A stretch of 63,262 nucleotides of DNA, counting the filler, from Octopus bimaculoides (lineage: Eukaryota): assembly GCF_001194135.2 (NCBI RefSeq). It is 7 parts of 7 records of this genome, joined end to end, with 100 filler letters (N's around TTAATTAATTAA, not from the genome) between each part and the next. Parts side by side here need not be neighbours in the genome. Positions count along the whole stretch, not along the records: positions 30,167 to 49,651 come from NC_068989.1; positions 49,752 to 52,907 come from NC_068985.1; positions 53,008 to 58,540 come from NC_068987.1; 4 more parts are not named here. One strand, written 5' to 3'. Under the pieces are notes generated by a model, which worked only from the letters and a program-made list of their open reading frames with translations, ran no database searches and was not told the origin of the DNA. Position numbers and translations under genes: made by a program. Of the stretch, positions 41,878 through 54,680 are shown piece after piece. Position 1 is the stretch's first letter; each line of letters begins with the position of its first letter.

Positions 41878-42503
41878 TTCTCTCTGTATATATTTATATA
41901 TATTATATATATATATAATCAGTGAGAGAGAGAAAGAGAGAGAGAGAGGAGGAGCAGAGACAGACAGACAAGAAGAGGTATATATATACATGCATATCGT
42001 TTTTAACGGTGGAACTCGAAATAGATAATGCTATAAATAATACCTTTATTGAATTACAGGCAATACCCTTTGGATAGAAAGGGTCGAAAGCTACCTTTGG
42101 AACTCGAACCCACGTTTACTCTAAACATGACAGACGTTCTACAATTGTACATACAATCAAAGAGCACAACTTCAGCAAGAACACAACTTCAGAAATGGAT
42201 AGAGAAATTTGAAAGATTGCTGTGAACCAATAGAAGAACATCTACTGTTTACAAAAGATGTGAGTCCAATACTTAAACAGGCAATTAATTATAGTTTTAT
42301 CTACTTCGAGTTCCACAATGAAAGACGAAATATTTCACATCTCTAAGCTTCTTAAATTGTTACGAGGTAAACAATGTGTGTATGTGCGCACGCGCGCGTG
42401 TGTGTATGTGCGTACCTATCTCTTCTTGTCTGTCTCTCCCTCCCTCGCTCTGTCTATCTGTCTGCCTGACTCTCTCTTTCACTCTTTCACTCCCTCCTTC
42501 TCA

Positions 42504-42589
<86 letters not shown>

Positions 42590-42786
42590 AAAGAGAGAGC
42601 TGTATACGTAAATAGTATGGTAGTTTCTCGGGTCCGTGAAGGACGGTACTGCAATTTCTTATCGAAAAACTTGCACAGATGATTTGTTCATAGTGATCAA
42701 ACGTTTATGCTCACTCACACCATCAAATAAAAATTATCTGAACAGATGCACGGATTGCTACACTTCAGTTGTAGAAGTGCACGCAG

Positions 42787-43580
42787 AGCAATTTGCAGTT
42801 ATAATAATGAATTGGAATCAATAACAGGGACACACAGGCATCATTAGAAAATTACGATTCATATGCATGTGGGTACCCTACAGTTCAGTCGCACAAGCTG
42901 GCAGAATCGTTGGCACGCTGAGCTAAATGCGGGGCGAAATGTTTTGCTCAAGAACGCAACGCACCACTCGATTCGGGAATCAAACCCTCGTCTCACGATT
43001 GTAAGCGTAACCCCCTAATACGTAAATCCTTCGTAGTTACTTTCGAATTATGACCTGACATTAATTATAGAAAAATATGTTGAAAGGTTCTTTCTTATAT
43101 ACTTCTGACCAGATGAACTTCTAATTTCACACTCCCTAACAAACCAGTTCCCCAACCTTTTATCTTCTTTCGCCAACTTCTTGACGTCACACTTCTAACT
43201 GGGCCAAAACCTTCCTCACCTTTGCATATGCCTACACCACGTTTTCCAGAGAGAACGATCCGGATCTCTGCATCTCTGCGCATGTTATGCTTATATTGAT
43301 TTCAAATTTTGACACAAGACCAGCAATTTTGGGGTGCACAACTGGTATTATTTTATCAACCCCTAAAAGATGACAGGTAAAGTCGACCTCGGCGGAATTT
43401 GAATTCGGAACGTAATGACGGACGAAATGCTGCTAAGCATTTAGCTTAGCGTGCTAACGATTCTGCCAGCTTGTGCGACTGAACTGTAGGGTACCCACAT
43501 GCATATGAATCGTAATTTTCTAATGATGCCTGTGTGTCCCTGTTATTGATTCCAATTCATTATTATAACTGCAAATTGCT
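42787..43580. repeat. 144 bp inverted duplication (arms 42787-42930 and 43437-43580)
   Basis: 125 bp are perfectly complementary, then two mismatches; the spacer is ~505 bp. Confidence 0.95.
43300..43470 (-). mobile_element. SINE family A
   Basis: Reverse complement of the 44083 copy (GCTGGCAGAATCGTTAGCAC..GAATTCAAATTCCGCCGAGGTCGACTT). Confidence 0.85.
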
Positions 43581-44082
43581 TTCCCCACCTTGGACGACAG
43601 AGTGAGCAGGAGACTTTCTAGTCTCACGTTAAGGCCTCCTGATTTAAATGAGCTTTTGCCCAATATACCCCGGTTGTTCATCTCACAATATCACGTAGAG
43701 TGTAAATCAACGAAAGCACTTAATATATTTTCGAAATTCTTAACATAAGATTGTTTTGGAAAACTGCCATCTTATCCATTGCTATAATGAATATTTGAAC
43801 TGACATTTTGGTTGTACATGAAAATTACAGAGCACATTAATTGACTACAATAATTAAATACTGAGCAAGTATATATTTAGTAATAGGTGATAAATTACTT
43901 ATAATACACATCTATGCAGTACTATGGCTAACTAAAGCTTTGATTATTATCATTTAGTAATTATAGTCACCAGAGCACTTATGACATGTCAGTTGCAAAT
44001 TATCCAATATAGACAACTTCTTTTTCTCGAAACTAAAGCCTTTCACGAGATACAAACGCATACACTATTGTGTATAAACTAA

Positions 44083-44288
44083 GGTGGCGAGCTGGCAGAA
44101 ACGTTAGCACCCCGGGCGAAATGCATAGTGGTATTTTGTCCGCCGTTACGTTCCGAGTTCAAATACCACCGAGGTCGACTTTGCCTTTCATCCTTTCAGG
44201 ATCGATAAATTAAGTACCAGTTGCGTACCAATCGACTGGCCCCCTACCCCAAAATTTCGGGCCTTGTGCCTAGAGTAGAAAAGAATAT
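44083..44288 (+). mobile_element. SINE family A, best-preserved copy
   Basis: GGTGGCGAGCTGGCAGAAACGTTAGC head with A-box-like and B-box-like (GAGTTCAAATACC) motifs; tail GGCCTTGTGCCTAGAGTAGAAAAGAAT. More than 10 relatives in the window. Confidence 0.9.
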
Positions 44289-46399
44289 TGTGGATAAACT
44301 GTTGGGGACGCTACTGCCAGATGAGTGATAGGGCTATGTGCTCATACAGGTGCACTATAAAGGGCGTTAGGTGATTAAAAAGTGATTTTCTTAGAAGTAG
44401 ATAACTTAAAGATTCAGTATTTATAATTCTAAAATATTATGTATATATATATACACATATAGCCACACGTGTGTGTGTGTGTATATATATATGTATATAT
44501 GTATATATATACACACACAGTCACACTATCTTGAATGCTATCAGAACGTGAATTGGTCATTGGGATTTTAAAGAACATAAAACATTTGATGAAAGATCAA
44601 TATTTCATATAGTTTTATTATATAATTTCTCAATTTTTGTAATTTCTATAAAAATTAAAATAGGCAGCACTAATCCATGCAAAAATCTAAAAAAGATAAA
44701 AGTGGCCTAATTAAAAGTCATTTAATGAAAACGGATACAGAGGTAGAGAATGCTCAAAATATTGTTCGATTGTATACATATGCATATATGAGCTATATAT
44801 TGTTCAGAGTTTATGAATACAAAATATCGACATATACGTTACATTGTGGTGGCACACAAATGAATATAAAGCAGTGAGGCTGTTCCTGCGAAGTTACTCG
44901 ACGTGCTAGAAACAGTAACTACATCTGTCTCAAATTACGTTCTACTATCTTAAATAAAAAAACGGGAGTTACATAATCTTTAATATGGTCCGAAATAAAC
45001 TATGCATAAAAAGGTTGGAACAATCGTAGTTGAAAGGCCTGATCAGAACTCTCCAGGATATGGTTCGAACTAAGCTACATATCAATAACAGCAACAAGAA
45101 CATGGAGGATCAAGAACCATCATGTTAAGACGTTTACACAATATGCTAGAAATAGCAGTCAGCTTTCTTTCTCTGATGACTGTTGTCTTTTAATGAATAA
45201 GATCCGAGATAACGTTGTCTGGATGTTTGAAAAGCGGAATAGCCACGGATGGAAGTGACTTTTTATTATAGTTATCTTTAATGAGTCCTAACCTGAGTCT
45301 ATTTAATAAAAGCATCAAGTGGAAACGGTTTGTCTCTTCATAAACTATTTTATGCGAACGATATTTGTAAGCTACGTGTTCAAATTCGTTAGAACGCCTA
45401 ATATTGTTCCCACTCGCTGCTTTCTAAGTTCAAATTCCCTTCAGAATGGATAAATAAAGTAACAATCAACTAATTGTGCACCGTTTCCTCCTCCTCCTTT
45501 TTCTCTCTTTTTATTAATTTCAAGGAATAAGCGATATTAAAAATGCATTTACATCGGGTTCGTCACTAATTCTTTAACTACCAGTTTTAAGAAAGAAAAT
45601 CAAATAATGAAACAGGTCCTTATCAACAGATGAATAAATGATGGAAACAATGCTGCTTGTACTTTCGATGTATCAGTTAATATCGATATTCATGAGCTAC
45701 ACTTAATTTCACACTATACATTTCAAAATTTAGTAGTATAGATTTTATCTCATTTATTTAATTAAAATTCTTTATTTCTTGTTACAAAAAAATGCTATCA
45801 CATTCTTAAGTTTTTCAAGATAATTGTGCTGACAAATATTTATTAGAAAAATTAATTTATGATAACATAATGTGTAAAACAAATGAAGAACATATATCCT
45901 CTATCCTGCAGAGTCACAACTGAAAAGGTACACTTCGGGGCAGTAATACTAAAACTATTATTCAAATCACATAAAAGGCAAAATGATGGCGGAAATATTA
46001 ACGTTGCAGTAGATTTAAAAGAGAACATTTTTCAGATTCAACTTTTTATTTCATTACATTTTATTTTTAATACTAGATATTATCAAAATGCATCGTTGTT
46101 TGATGTTTCGGAAATTTAAAACTGTTTGCTCATAAATCAACAAAACTAGTTATATATAGTTACTTTTTATTAGAAAAATAAACTAGATCTTGAAATATCT
46201 TAAAGGGAGAATAATGCAACAGTAATTTTTACATCATAGATTGTTATCATATGTTGTAGTAGAAAATGTTTTCTGCGATCGTGGAGACCATCTCCAGTAT
46301 GAACGATTAACATATTCTTCAGAAACAGTTTTGCAGTAGATAAAGAAATTTACTGTCATAGTTCAAGATTTTTTTTTTAAGAATGTAGATATGAAATAT

Positions 46400-46600
46400 A
46401 GTGTGTTTGACTCACGATCGTAAGATTGTGGTTTCGAATCCTGGACTGGGTGATGCACTGTGTTCTTGAGCACACCACTTCATTTCACGTTTATCTAGTC
46501 CACTCAGCTGGTAAAAATTAGTAATCCTGCGACAGACTGGCGTCCCATCCAGGAGAGGGATTTATACGTCGGAGAAACTGGGAAACAGGCGTTAGACCCC
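46400..46600 (+). mobile_element. tRNA-derived SINE: body type 2 plus tail Y
   Basis: GTAAGATTGTGGTTTCGAATCC..GTGTTCTTGAGCA..GTCCACTCAGCTGG..GACTGGCGTCCCATCCAGG; matches 53685. Confidence 0.75.
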
Positions 46601-47289
46601 TTTTGGACTAATCTAGACTAAACAAATATGAAATATCTAGAACTGTAACTGAGCAACATTTCATGGACTGTAGATGAGATAATAAGAGAAACACTGTTAA
46701 CAAAAGATTTATTGTGTTTAATTTTCACACCCAACATAAATTAATTTCATGTTGATGTTTGTATGGCGAGATAAATTTATCTGTGCTAATATTAACATTA
46801 CTTTTTAAAGAGCATGTGAGTGACTGTTCTTATCAGCTTTAGAATTGGAAATGTTGAATATCATTGGTTTTATTTTCACTGAGATCATTGCTCGGCGTAC
46901 ATGTGTTTATATTTAGTAAACTAGGCTCCGGAAAGTTGTTCGTGGAACAGTGAGGCCGTCAAAAGTAAACCATTGGATGAGCTAAAAATAAGGGATAAAA
47001 CCAGTCATATATCGTGCTTCTGAAAATGTATTGTGCTCAGCCCAGGTAATAAGGTACATGACAACGAGTCTTTCTTTGGCACCAAATCATTATTGTATTC
47101 AAGGGTGAGTATCAGGCAGGTTGAGGAAGCAGCAAATTTAAGACATGTATTAAGTGCAATCGACTGCGACCGGGAGTATTCGAATGCATGTGTGTGTATG
47201 TGTGTTTGTGTGTGAGAATCTGCCTGTGTGTCTATGTATCAGAGGTATAATATGACTTAAGGTACATCTGTATATTTTCTTTGCTTTAC

Positions 47290-47720
47290 TGAAATTAAGT
47301 ATTTAAGATATGTAGCTTTTATTGTCATAGCTTTTACGACTAACGAAGACCAGGACAGTATTAGTTTGGCTTCGGATTATGTCTACCGACCAAGTAAGTC
47401 ATGGTGGAATTTAAACTACAAATGCACGGAGCCGCAAGGAATCTGGTCTAACATTGTTATTGATTCGCCAAATCTTCATCTTGGGTTATTGCTTGTTTGT
47501 TGTTATCCATACCAAAAGGAAGAGTTCGTCTCAGAATATTTAAAGTCAGATATTTTGTCTGACGCTCTAACACCAATTCGACTGTGTTCGAAAAATGTAC
47601 GCATTCTGAATATATCTATTTTGAACTCCTGTTACATCTTTGATTTGTATTTTACAATGTCGCCTATACGGTTCCATACGTTAAGTGTTCCAAATATAAC
47701 TGATTCCAAATATCTAATTT
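47290..47720 (-). mobile_element. Decayed LINE APE endonuclease remnant
   Basis: IFGTLNVW..KIDIFRM (N-terminal motifs) and LTWSVDIIRSQTNTVLV (TW..SQID-like); stops are present and it is internally shortened. Confidence 0.5.
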
Positions 47721-49099
47721 TGTTTCTCCAGTTGAATCATTCTGAATATTCCGTTAGATAAAAGTTGAGGGGATTGAATTGATGCCTAAGCCAGTTCGAG
47801 ACTACATGAACCTCTAAAAAAAAATTGTAACACAATATACCAAATGTTATCAAGTCGCCATAAACTCTTCCGAGTAACATGTGTATTGTCTTAGTAAAAA
47901 TATTGCGAAAAAATTATATTAAGAACCCAATATTCAGTTTCAGTTCCCGCTGTATTCAAATATCATATCTCTCAGAACATTTCATAGATAGTTCCACATT
48001 ATTTTGCACATATCTTGTATCGTCATAGACATCCTACTAAAAAATTCAAGTCATTTTCATTGCTGAAGAACAAATTTCATCAAGAGAATATTTTAGCTTA
48101 TCTACAGACATAAACAAATACAGAGACTTAAAACTTTACCGAGGTTCTTTAGAATTCTTTCGTGACTATATCTCATGTTCACAAGCTGAGAGATTCCAGC
48201 AATTCTTAGTCATCTTTACCGAATATAAATCGTTTTCTGATTCTGTGCTATAGTTACTTGTGTGTATTTTTCGTATTAAAATTGCGTGGCACACTTCCAA
48301 TGCTTTATTTCTGACACAACTGACAAAGAGGATCTCTGAAACCAGTACGAAGAAAATGTCCTGCTAGCTTTCTATATTGTTCTTCGGACATCTTTCGTGC
48401 AATGTAAAAGTTGTTAGATATTATTAACAGTTTTCAGCGTACTCTTGGCAATTAAAAGTTTGCGTTTATCATTCAGAAAAGCTACAGAACCTCTTCAGAA
48501 TGACACTTTGCAATGAACTCTGATAAAAATACGTGCGTTACCAATTTTACGTATTTCTCAATACTATTTTACTATTAAAGAATGATTGTATAAACGGCGT
48601 TGAGATATCCAAATAGCTATTTGAAGAAAAGTTATTTTCATTCACCTAAATCTCTTATTTTCATTCACCCAAATTCCCATCAAGCTACATTAGTTAATCT
48701 GATGCGATTATATAACCGCACGTATTCTCAATAAATAGAGTGGATATAATACATGCGATATAGAGACTGGATATGTGTGAATATGTACGTGTCGAGTATG
48801 TCCTTGTATATAACAGTACATCGATTCGGCATACAGACCAGAGAGAGAGTATAAGATTCCTTTCCAGTAATCTCTTTTTTTTTACTTTCATTTTCTTTCC
48901 TTTATGTTTGGCTCCTACTACCCTCAGCCGCTTTCCCTGTACGCTCAACTGCTTCTTCTAGTTGTCGCACCAATTCATGCTACCTCTCAACTGTCTTTCT
49001 ATTCCAGTTGGCCGGGAAGTCTGGATACAAAGGCGAAATTGCATATGTTCAATAATTTATTTTCAATAGCATTAAAGAATAACATTTTCGACAAACAAC

Positions 49100-49260
49100 A
49101 CTTCGTCCGTCTTTACATTCTGAGTTCAAATTCCGCCTAAGCCGAGTTTGCCTTTCATCTTATCGGGGCCGATAAAATAGGTTCCAGTCGGGCACTGGGG
49201 TAGAAGCAACAGACTAACCTTCTCCCACACAAATTACTAGCATTGTGCCAAAAATTGAAA
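49100..49260 (+). mobile_element. SINE family A fragment
   Basis: TTCTGAGTTCAAATTCCGCC..GAGTTTGCCTTTCATC..GGGGCCGATAAAAT..CACTGGGG. Confidence 0.72.
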
Positions 49261-49465
49261 CCAATAAAGTAAGTTCAATTTGATATATCTTCTGATGATT
49301 ACTAACAAAGGTGAAATAGACAAATGTGAAATAAGATCCAACGCTGTGCATTTTATCCAAGCGTTTATGTTGAGCTTTATATTCCTGTATCAAAGACACG
49401 TACTACATATGTATATTTGAGAGCTAATATAGTATCCGCCCGGATAATATATAATCTGCAAACTC

Positions 49466-49516
<51 letters not shown>

Positions 49517-49840
49517 AGTATATATATATCTATGTATGTATGTCTAAATATACGTATGCATATTTATATATATATGTATGCATGAGTATATATACGCATG
49601 TGTGTATAAATATATGTATACATATTAATATATATATATATATATATATATNNNNNNNNNNNNNNNNNNNNNNNNNNNNNNNNNNNNNNNNNNNNTTAAT
49701 TAATTAANNNNNNNNNNNNNNNNNNNNNNNNNNNNNNNNNNNNNNNNNNNNCAAAGTGCCATGCAGTGGGACAGAACCCGGAACCGTGTGGTTGGTAAGC
49801 AAGCTACTTACCACACAGCTACTTGTGTGTGTGTGTGTGT

Positions 49841-49878
<38 letters not shown>

Positions 49879-50089
49879 GTGTGTGTGTGTATCTTTATGT
49901 ATTTGTGTTTGTGTGCATTGTGTGCTGTCTGCGTGTGCGTGTGCGTGTGTTTGTGTTTGTGTGTATATGTACGGTTATGTGAAATAAATTCGTATGTTTT
50001 TTTTTTCTACCTTTTATTTCAATCCTTATTTTTCATCAATATTTCTAACAAATCAGTCAATAAAATATTCTTTTATATTGTTCACTACT

Positions 50090-51266
50090 TCTAACATCCC
50101 ACTTGTGAATGCTTTGAAATACCGGACCTTGATTTGAAGAACTCATCGAGCCACGTTTTCAGCTCCATGTTATTGTTCAACAAAACACCACGCAGACGGC
50201 TGAGAGACCGAAAAAGTTGACGATCTAAAAGCGCTATATCAGGAGAATACAGCGGATGCGGTGGAACTTGAGAAGCATTTTTGGCTAAATTAGCAACATT
50301 GTCATATTGAAGAAGCACACCGTGTCGCCAGCCAGATCGTTTCAGCTGGATTACCCATCGGGTGAAGTGACGGGCAATAGTATCATGAGAGCATCCCATC
50401 TGCTAAGCCAATTCCCTGGTGGACTGGTTTGGAACTCGTATATGAGCTCGCTCAATCGATCTTCATTGAACAGGTCGACTGGAACGCGGAGAGTATGTAA
50501 GGTCGAATTTTCCCTCTTTGAAGCGTGAAAACCATTTCTGTGTAGTTCTTTTGGCGTCAGTGCTTTCTTTTTGTTGTTGGCACTCCGTCGCTTACGACGT
50601 CGAGGGTTCCAGTTGATCCGATCAACGGAACAGCCTGCTCGTGAAATTAACGTGCAAGTGGCTGAGCACTCCACAGACACGTGTACCCTTAACGTAGTTC
50701 TCGGGGATATTCAGCGTGACACGGTGTGACAAGGCTGACCCTTTGAATTACAGGCACAACAGAAACATGAAGTAAGAGTGAGAGAAAGTTGTGGTGGAAG
50801 AGTACAGCAGGGTTCGCCACCATCCCCTTCCAGAGCCTCGTGGAGCTTTAGGTGTTTTCGCTCAATAAACACTCACAACGCCCGGTCTGGGAATCGAAAC
50901 CGCGATCCTATGATCGCGAGTCCGCTGCCCTAACCACTGGGCCATTGCGCCTCCACAGTGCTTTCTCTATACACAATATAACTGTTTCGAGCAGCTATTC
51001 CAGCTCTGGCAGCCTTGGATCCTTGATTAAAAGTGAAGAGAAGAAGTTGTCGATAAAGCACATTTTTATTTTCACTTGGCACTCCGTGATATATCTGAAA
51101 AGAATCAAAATTTATTCGAATTTCAAAAACGATAAACTAAAGTTGTAGAGGAAGGATAGACCAGCAAAAGAAAGGAGGAAAACATAAACACTACGGTAAA
51201 AATATGTTTTGTGTTAATTCAAATAACATTGGAAGAAAACGAATGGATTTGTCCGGCAACACAATA
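50090..51266 (-). mobile_element. Mariner element, internally deleted and split by a SINE
   Basis: TIR-like TATTGTGTTGCCGGAC at ~51265; ECQV..RQLLLFTFNQGSKAAR..[SINE]..QKWFSRFKEGKFDL..MGCSHDTIARH joined to VLLQYDN..PHPLYSPDIALLD..LFRSL. Confidence 0.88.
50569..50955 (-). mobile_element. Full-length tRNA-derived SINE (body 1 plus tail X) with 11-bp TSD
   Basis: Head GGAGGCGCAATGGCCCAGTGGTTAGGGCAGCGGACTCGCG..GGTTTCGATTCCCAGACCG; CAGTGCTTTCT at 50558-50568 and 50956-50966. Confidence 0.93.
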
Positions 51267-51589
51267 CATTTTAACGTATGGCCATCAATTTCTTCGTAGT
51301 ATGACTGAGTATTCTACAGACACGAATGTCCTTAATGTATTTCTCAGGTACAATAAGCGTGACACGATGTGACAAGGTTGGACTTTTGAATTACAAGGTA
51401 CAGTCCGACCGATGGACTTCTACACAGTTTCCGTCTACCTTAATTCACTCGAGATTTGAACTGACCCGAGGATTTGGTGAAGACAATCACCTAAGATTCT
51501 ATGCAGTGGGATCGAACTCGACACATCATAGCTACGAAAGGAACTACTAATTCTCTCAGACTTATCTGCCTGTGACTTTTTTGTGATTC

Positions 51590-52857
51590 TGCTTGTTATC
51601 TTGGTTACCGACTTAATAAAGATGGTTTGCAAATTAAGAGTGATAAAGTGCAGCCTATTTTAAATACATCAGAACCTAAAAACAATAGTGAGTTAAGATC
51701 ATTTGTAAGAATGTTATCACATTATCGTCGTTTTTTACCAAATATTTCAACACTGCTGATGCCCTTATATTCCTTATTGCATAAAGATTCCCTTTGGGGG
51801 TAGAATGTTGAACATCAGAAAGCGTTTGCTACAGCTAAGAAGTTACTTACTAGTTCATCTGTACTTGTGCATTATAACCCACATAAACGTTTGATGTTAC
51901 AATGCCATGCATCTCTATCAGGGCTAGGTGCAGCTCTTTGTCATCGAATGAATGACACTACTGTTCGTCCTGTAGCTTTTACCTCACGTACTCTGTTACC
52001 AGCTGAAAAGAACTATTCTCAGTTGGACAAAGAAGCACTTGCAGTATTATTTGGTGTCAAGCGATTCTATCAATATGTTTGGGGGCCATCATTTCGAAAT
52101 TTATACTAATCATAAACCTTTGATTGCACTACTTAGAGATGTGCGAGGTATTCAGCAAATGTGTTCACTTAGAATACAGAGATGGGCTTTGATGTTAAGT
52201 GCTTATAGTGATAGCATTACGTTCCTGGGCCTAAGAATGTTACAGCTGACGAACTGAGTCGTTTACCCTTGACTTCTTCGTTACACGAAATTGAACAACC
52301 AGCAGAACTGGTACACATGATGCAACATTTTAGTGGCACACCTATCTGAGGACAGGATATACTTCAACTAACAGATAAAGATCAAATACTGTCTAGTGTC
52401 AAACATTATCTTTTAAGAGGGTGGCTGTCCAATCAAAACCGTTTTCACAGCGTAACGGTGAACTGAGTTTGAACGAGGGTTGCATATTTTGGGGTCCTCG
52501 TATAATTAATTGTGCCCTTTAAATTAAGACAATTACTTAATGAGTTGAATGATGTTCATCCAGGCATAAACCGAATGAAGGCATTATCTCGAAGCTACTG
52601 TTGGTGGCCCAATCTGGATGCTGATATTGAGCAGATGTGCAGAAGATGGGACGTTTGTCAACAATATCAGCCACAAAACACGCCAGGACCTGTACATCCC
52701 TGGAAGTGGTTAGAAAAACTGTGGCAAAGATTACACGTTGATTATTTTAGTCCTCTTAATAGTGTGATGTGCTTATTGATTATTGATGCACATTCGAAAT
52801 GGATAGATGTACATCCAGTGGTGCATGCTACAGCAGAATCCAAGGTAGCCCAACTAT
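51590..52857 (+). mobile_element. Ty3/gypsy LTR-retrotransposon pol remnant (RT C-terminus, RNase H, integrase N-terminus)
   Basis: YLGYRL..ELRSF..YRRFLPN; LQCHASLSGLGAAL..RPVAFTSRTL..EKNYSQLDKEALAV; TNHKPL..RIQRWAL; HPGINRMKALSRSYCWWP..C..C; LHVDY..IDAHSKW. RT-RH-INT order; frameshifts and stops; ends in a microsatellite and gap. Confidence 0.93.
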
Positions 52858-52870
52858 ATATATATATATA

Positions 52871-52907
<37 letters not shown>

Positions 52908-53169
52908 NNNNNNNNNNNNNNNNNNNNNNNNNNNNNNNNNNNNNNNNNNNNTTAATTAATTAANNNNNNNNNNNNNNNNNNNNNNNNNNNNNNNNNNNNN
53001 NNNNNNNTATATATATACACACACACACACAAAAGACTGACAGGATTAGTACCAAAAGGTAAATACCAAGAAGAAATATTTATCTCCCACTTCAATATAT
53101 TATATTAAACCGTTAAACCCGATACAAATTTTTCTCTTTCACTTTTTTTTTCTTTCTCTCTCTATGACT

Positions 53170-53290
53170 TTCCTCTCATCCCTTTCTGTCGAAGAGTGTA
53201 AGCTCGAAACGTCAGAAACTGTTCCATTCTTCCCGAGCTTCAAAATACACGTTGTTGTTCCCTCACCTGTCTTTCCCTCTCTCTCTTTTG
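53170..53290 (+). mobile_element. Penelope-like terminal repeat fragment
   Basis: GAAGAG.GTAAGCTCGAAACGTC motif typical of PLE ends; a similar GATCGAAACCGG motif lies at ~34030. Confidence 0.4.
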
Positions 53291-53321
53291 TTTTCTGTAC
53301 ATTTCATCTATATCTATCTAT

Positions 53322-53394
<73 letters not shown>

Positions 53395-53684
53395 CATGAA
53401 AACTACTATAATTAATTGAAATAGGCAGTTTAAGTTATGATTTGTATGTTGTAAATAAGTCTTATTTAACTATTTATAAATGTAAAAGGGAAAGTAAACA
53501 ATTCATAAATTCATTATCTTTTTTCAAATGGCAAAACACGATTAAATATCTCATTTATATTAAAGCCACTGTAAAGCATTATCTGGAGATAGAAATGGAC
53601 TTGTAGAACTTATCTTTTACAAACTCGTGTAAAAAATGTAAAATGAAAATTGTAATTCTCTAAAATTTATAGAGCTGTACTGTA

Positions 53685-53910
53685 GGTGGAGGCGCATGGC
53701 TTAGTGGTTACAGAGTTGGACTAGTGGTCGTAAGATTGTGGTTTCGTTCCTACGATCAGGCGATGTATTGTGTTCTTGAGCAAAACACTTCATTTCACAT
53801 TGCTCCAGTCTTCTCAGCTGGCAAAAATTAATAATCTAGTGAGGGAGCGGAGTCCCATCCAGAGCATGGGGAATGTATACGCTACAGAAACTGGTAAACC
53901 GGCTTTATGA
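53685..53910 (+). mobile_element. tRNA-derived SINE: body type 2 plus tail Y
   Basis: GGAGGCGCATGGCTTAGTGGTTA head; GTGTTCTTGAGCAAAACACTT; CTCAGCTGGCAAAAAT; GTCCCATCCAG. Confidence 0.8.
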
Positions 53911-54499
53911 CTAGGGAAGGGGAGGATCTTTTTCTACTTTAGGGCCTCACGTATGCAGTAGAATAAGTTTTTTAAATATTTAATTAATTCAGTTCAAATA
54001 TAGAATTAATAGCCAAAATCTCCCTGTAGGAACATTTAAACAGTTTAACTCAATAAAAATGACAGGAAAACTCAATAAGACCACCTAAAGGAAACTTTTG
54101 GAAATGAAAATAATGCGGATGGTACTGGATCTCGTTTTAAAGCCAAATGGAGAAAGCATAAGATACACTTCAATCATTTTAGGGCTCATCAGCAAAGCGT
54201 GTTATATTCATTTGGCAAGAACTAGAAATACATATTGTATACAGAAAAATAGAGGGACTAGAGTAATTCTGATTACGAATATCAATAATGTAGCGGAGGG
54301 AGATTAACTCAGGCAACGTTCTCTACCAAATATATAGAGAGTAGGGTTTCGCGTATGTGATACGGGCTGAAAAACTCCCATTGCTTGAAATTAATCACAC
54401 AATTAGTAGACAAAGGCGTATTTTAGACTCTAAAAATAAAGACAAGGGAGGTAACTCCAAGTACAGATTGGTTTTATGTCTTTGGTGATTGGATAAGGC

Positions 54500-54680
54500 T
54501 AACATGGTTTCAAATTTTGTCACAAGGCAAGCAAATTTGAAGGGAGGAGGAAGTCGATTACATCGACTTCCCCCCACCCATTTCGTGCCTAGCTGGTAAT
54601 TATTTTATTGACCCCAAAAGAGCGCAAAAAGCCAACAAATTCCACCAAGTCTTTTGATCGGCGTGATGATGATTCAACCA
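54500..54680 (-). mobile_element. Decayed SINE family A
   Basis: GTCACAAGGC.AGCAAATTTGAAGGGAGG..AGTCGATTACATCGAC..CTGGTA.TTATTTTATTGACCCC. Confidence 0.6.

Noticed and set aside
45912-46040. INVAVDLKENIFQ resembling LNGINTLGENIAD
   Set aside because: No acceptor or donor in suitable positions, and the flanking residues do not fit.
46837-46900. LNIIGFIFTEII as an alternative catalytic exon
   Set aside because: Needs a phase 1 acceptor, whereas exon K ends in phase 2; the phase 2 frames hit stops.
47331-47393. 63-nt segment with a strong acceptor and GTAAGT donor; nearby ORF contains WW
   Set aside because: No M13 similarity in any frame; the opposite strand is a LINE endonuclease remnant.
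48632-48680. Short tandem duplication TTATTTTCATTCACC x2
   Set aside because: An ordinary slippage duplication with no further structure.
50880-50955. tRNA-like sequence (also at ~40130-40197, ~53685 and ~23891)
   Set aside because: These are SINE heads: they continue into shared repeat bodies, and this one has a TSD; no convincing cloverleaf.
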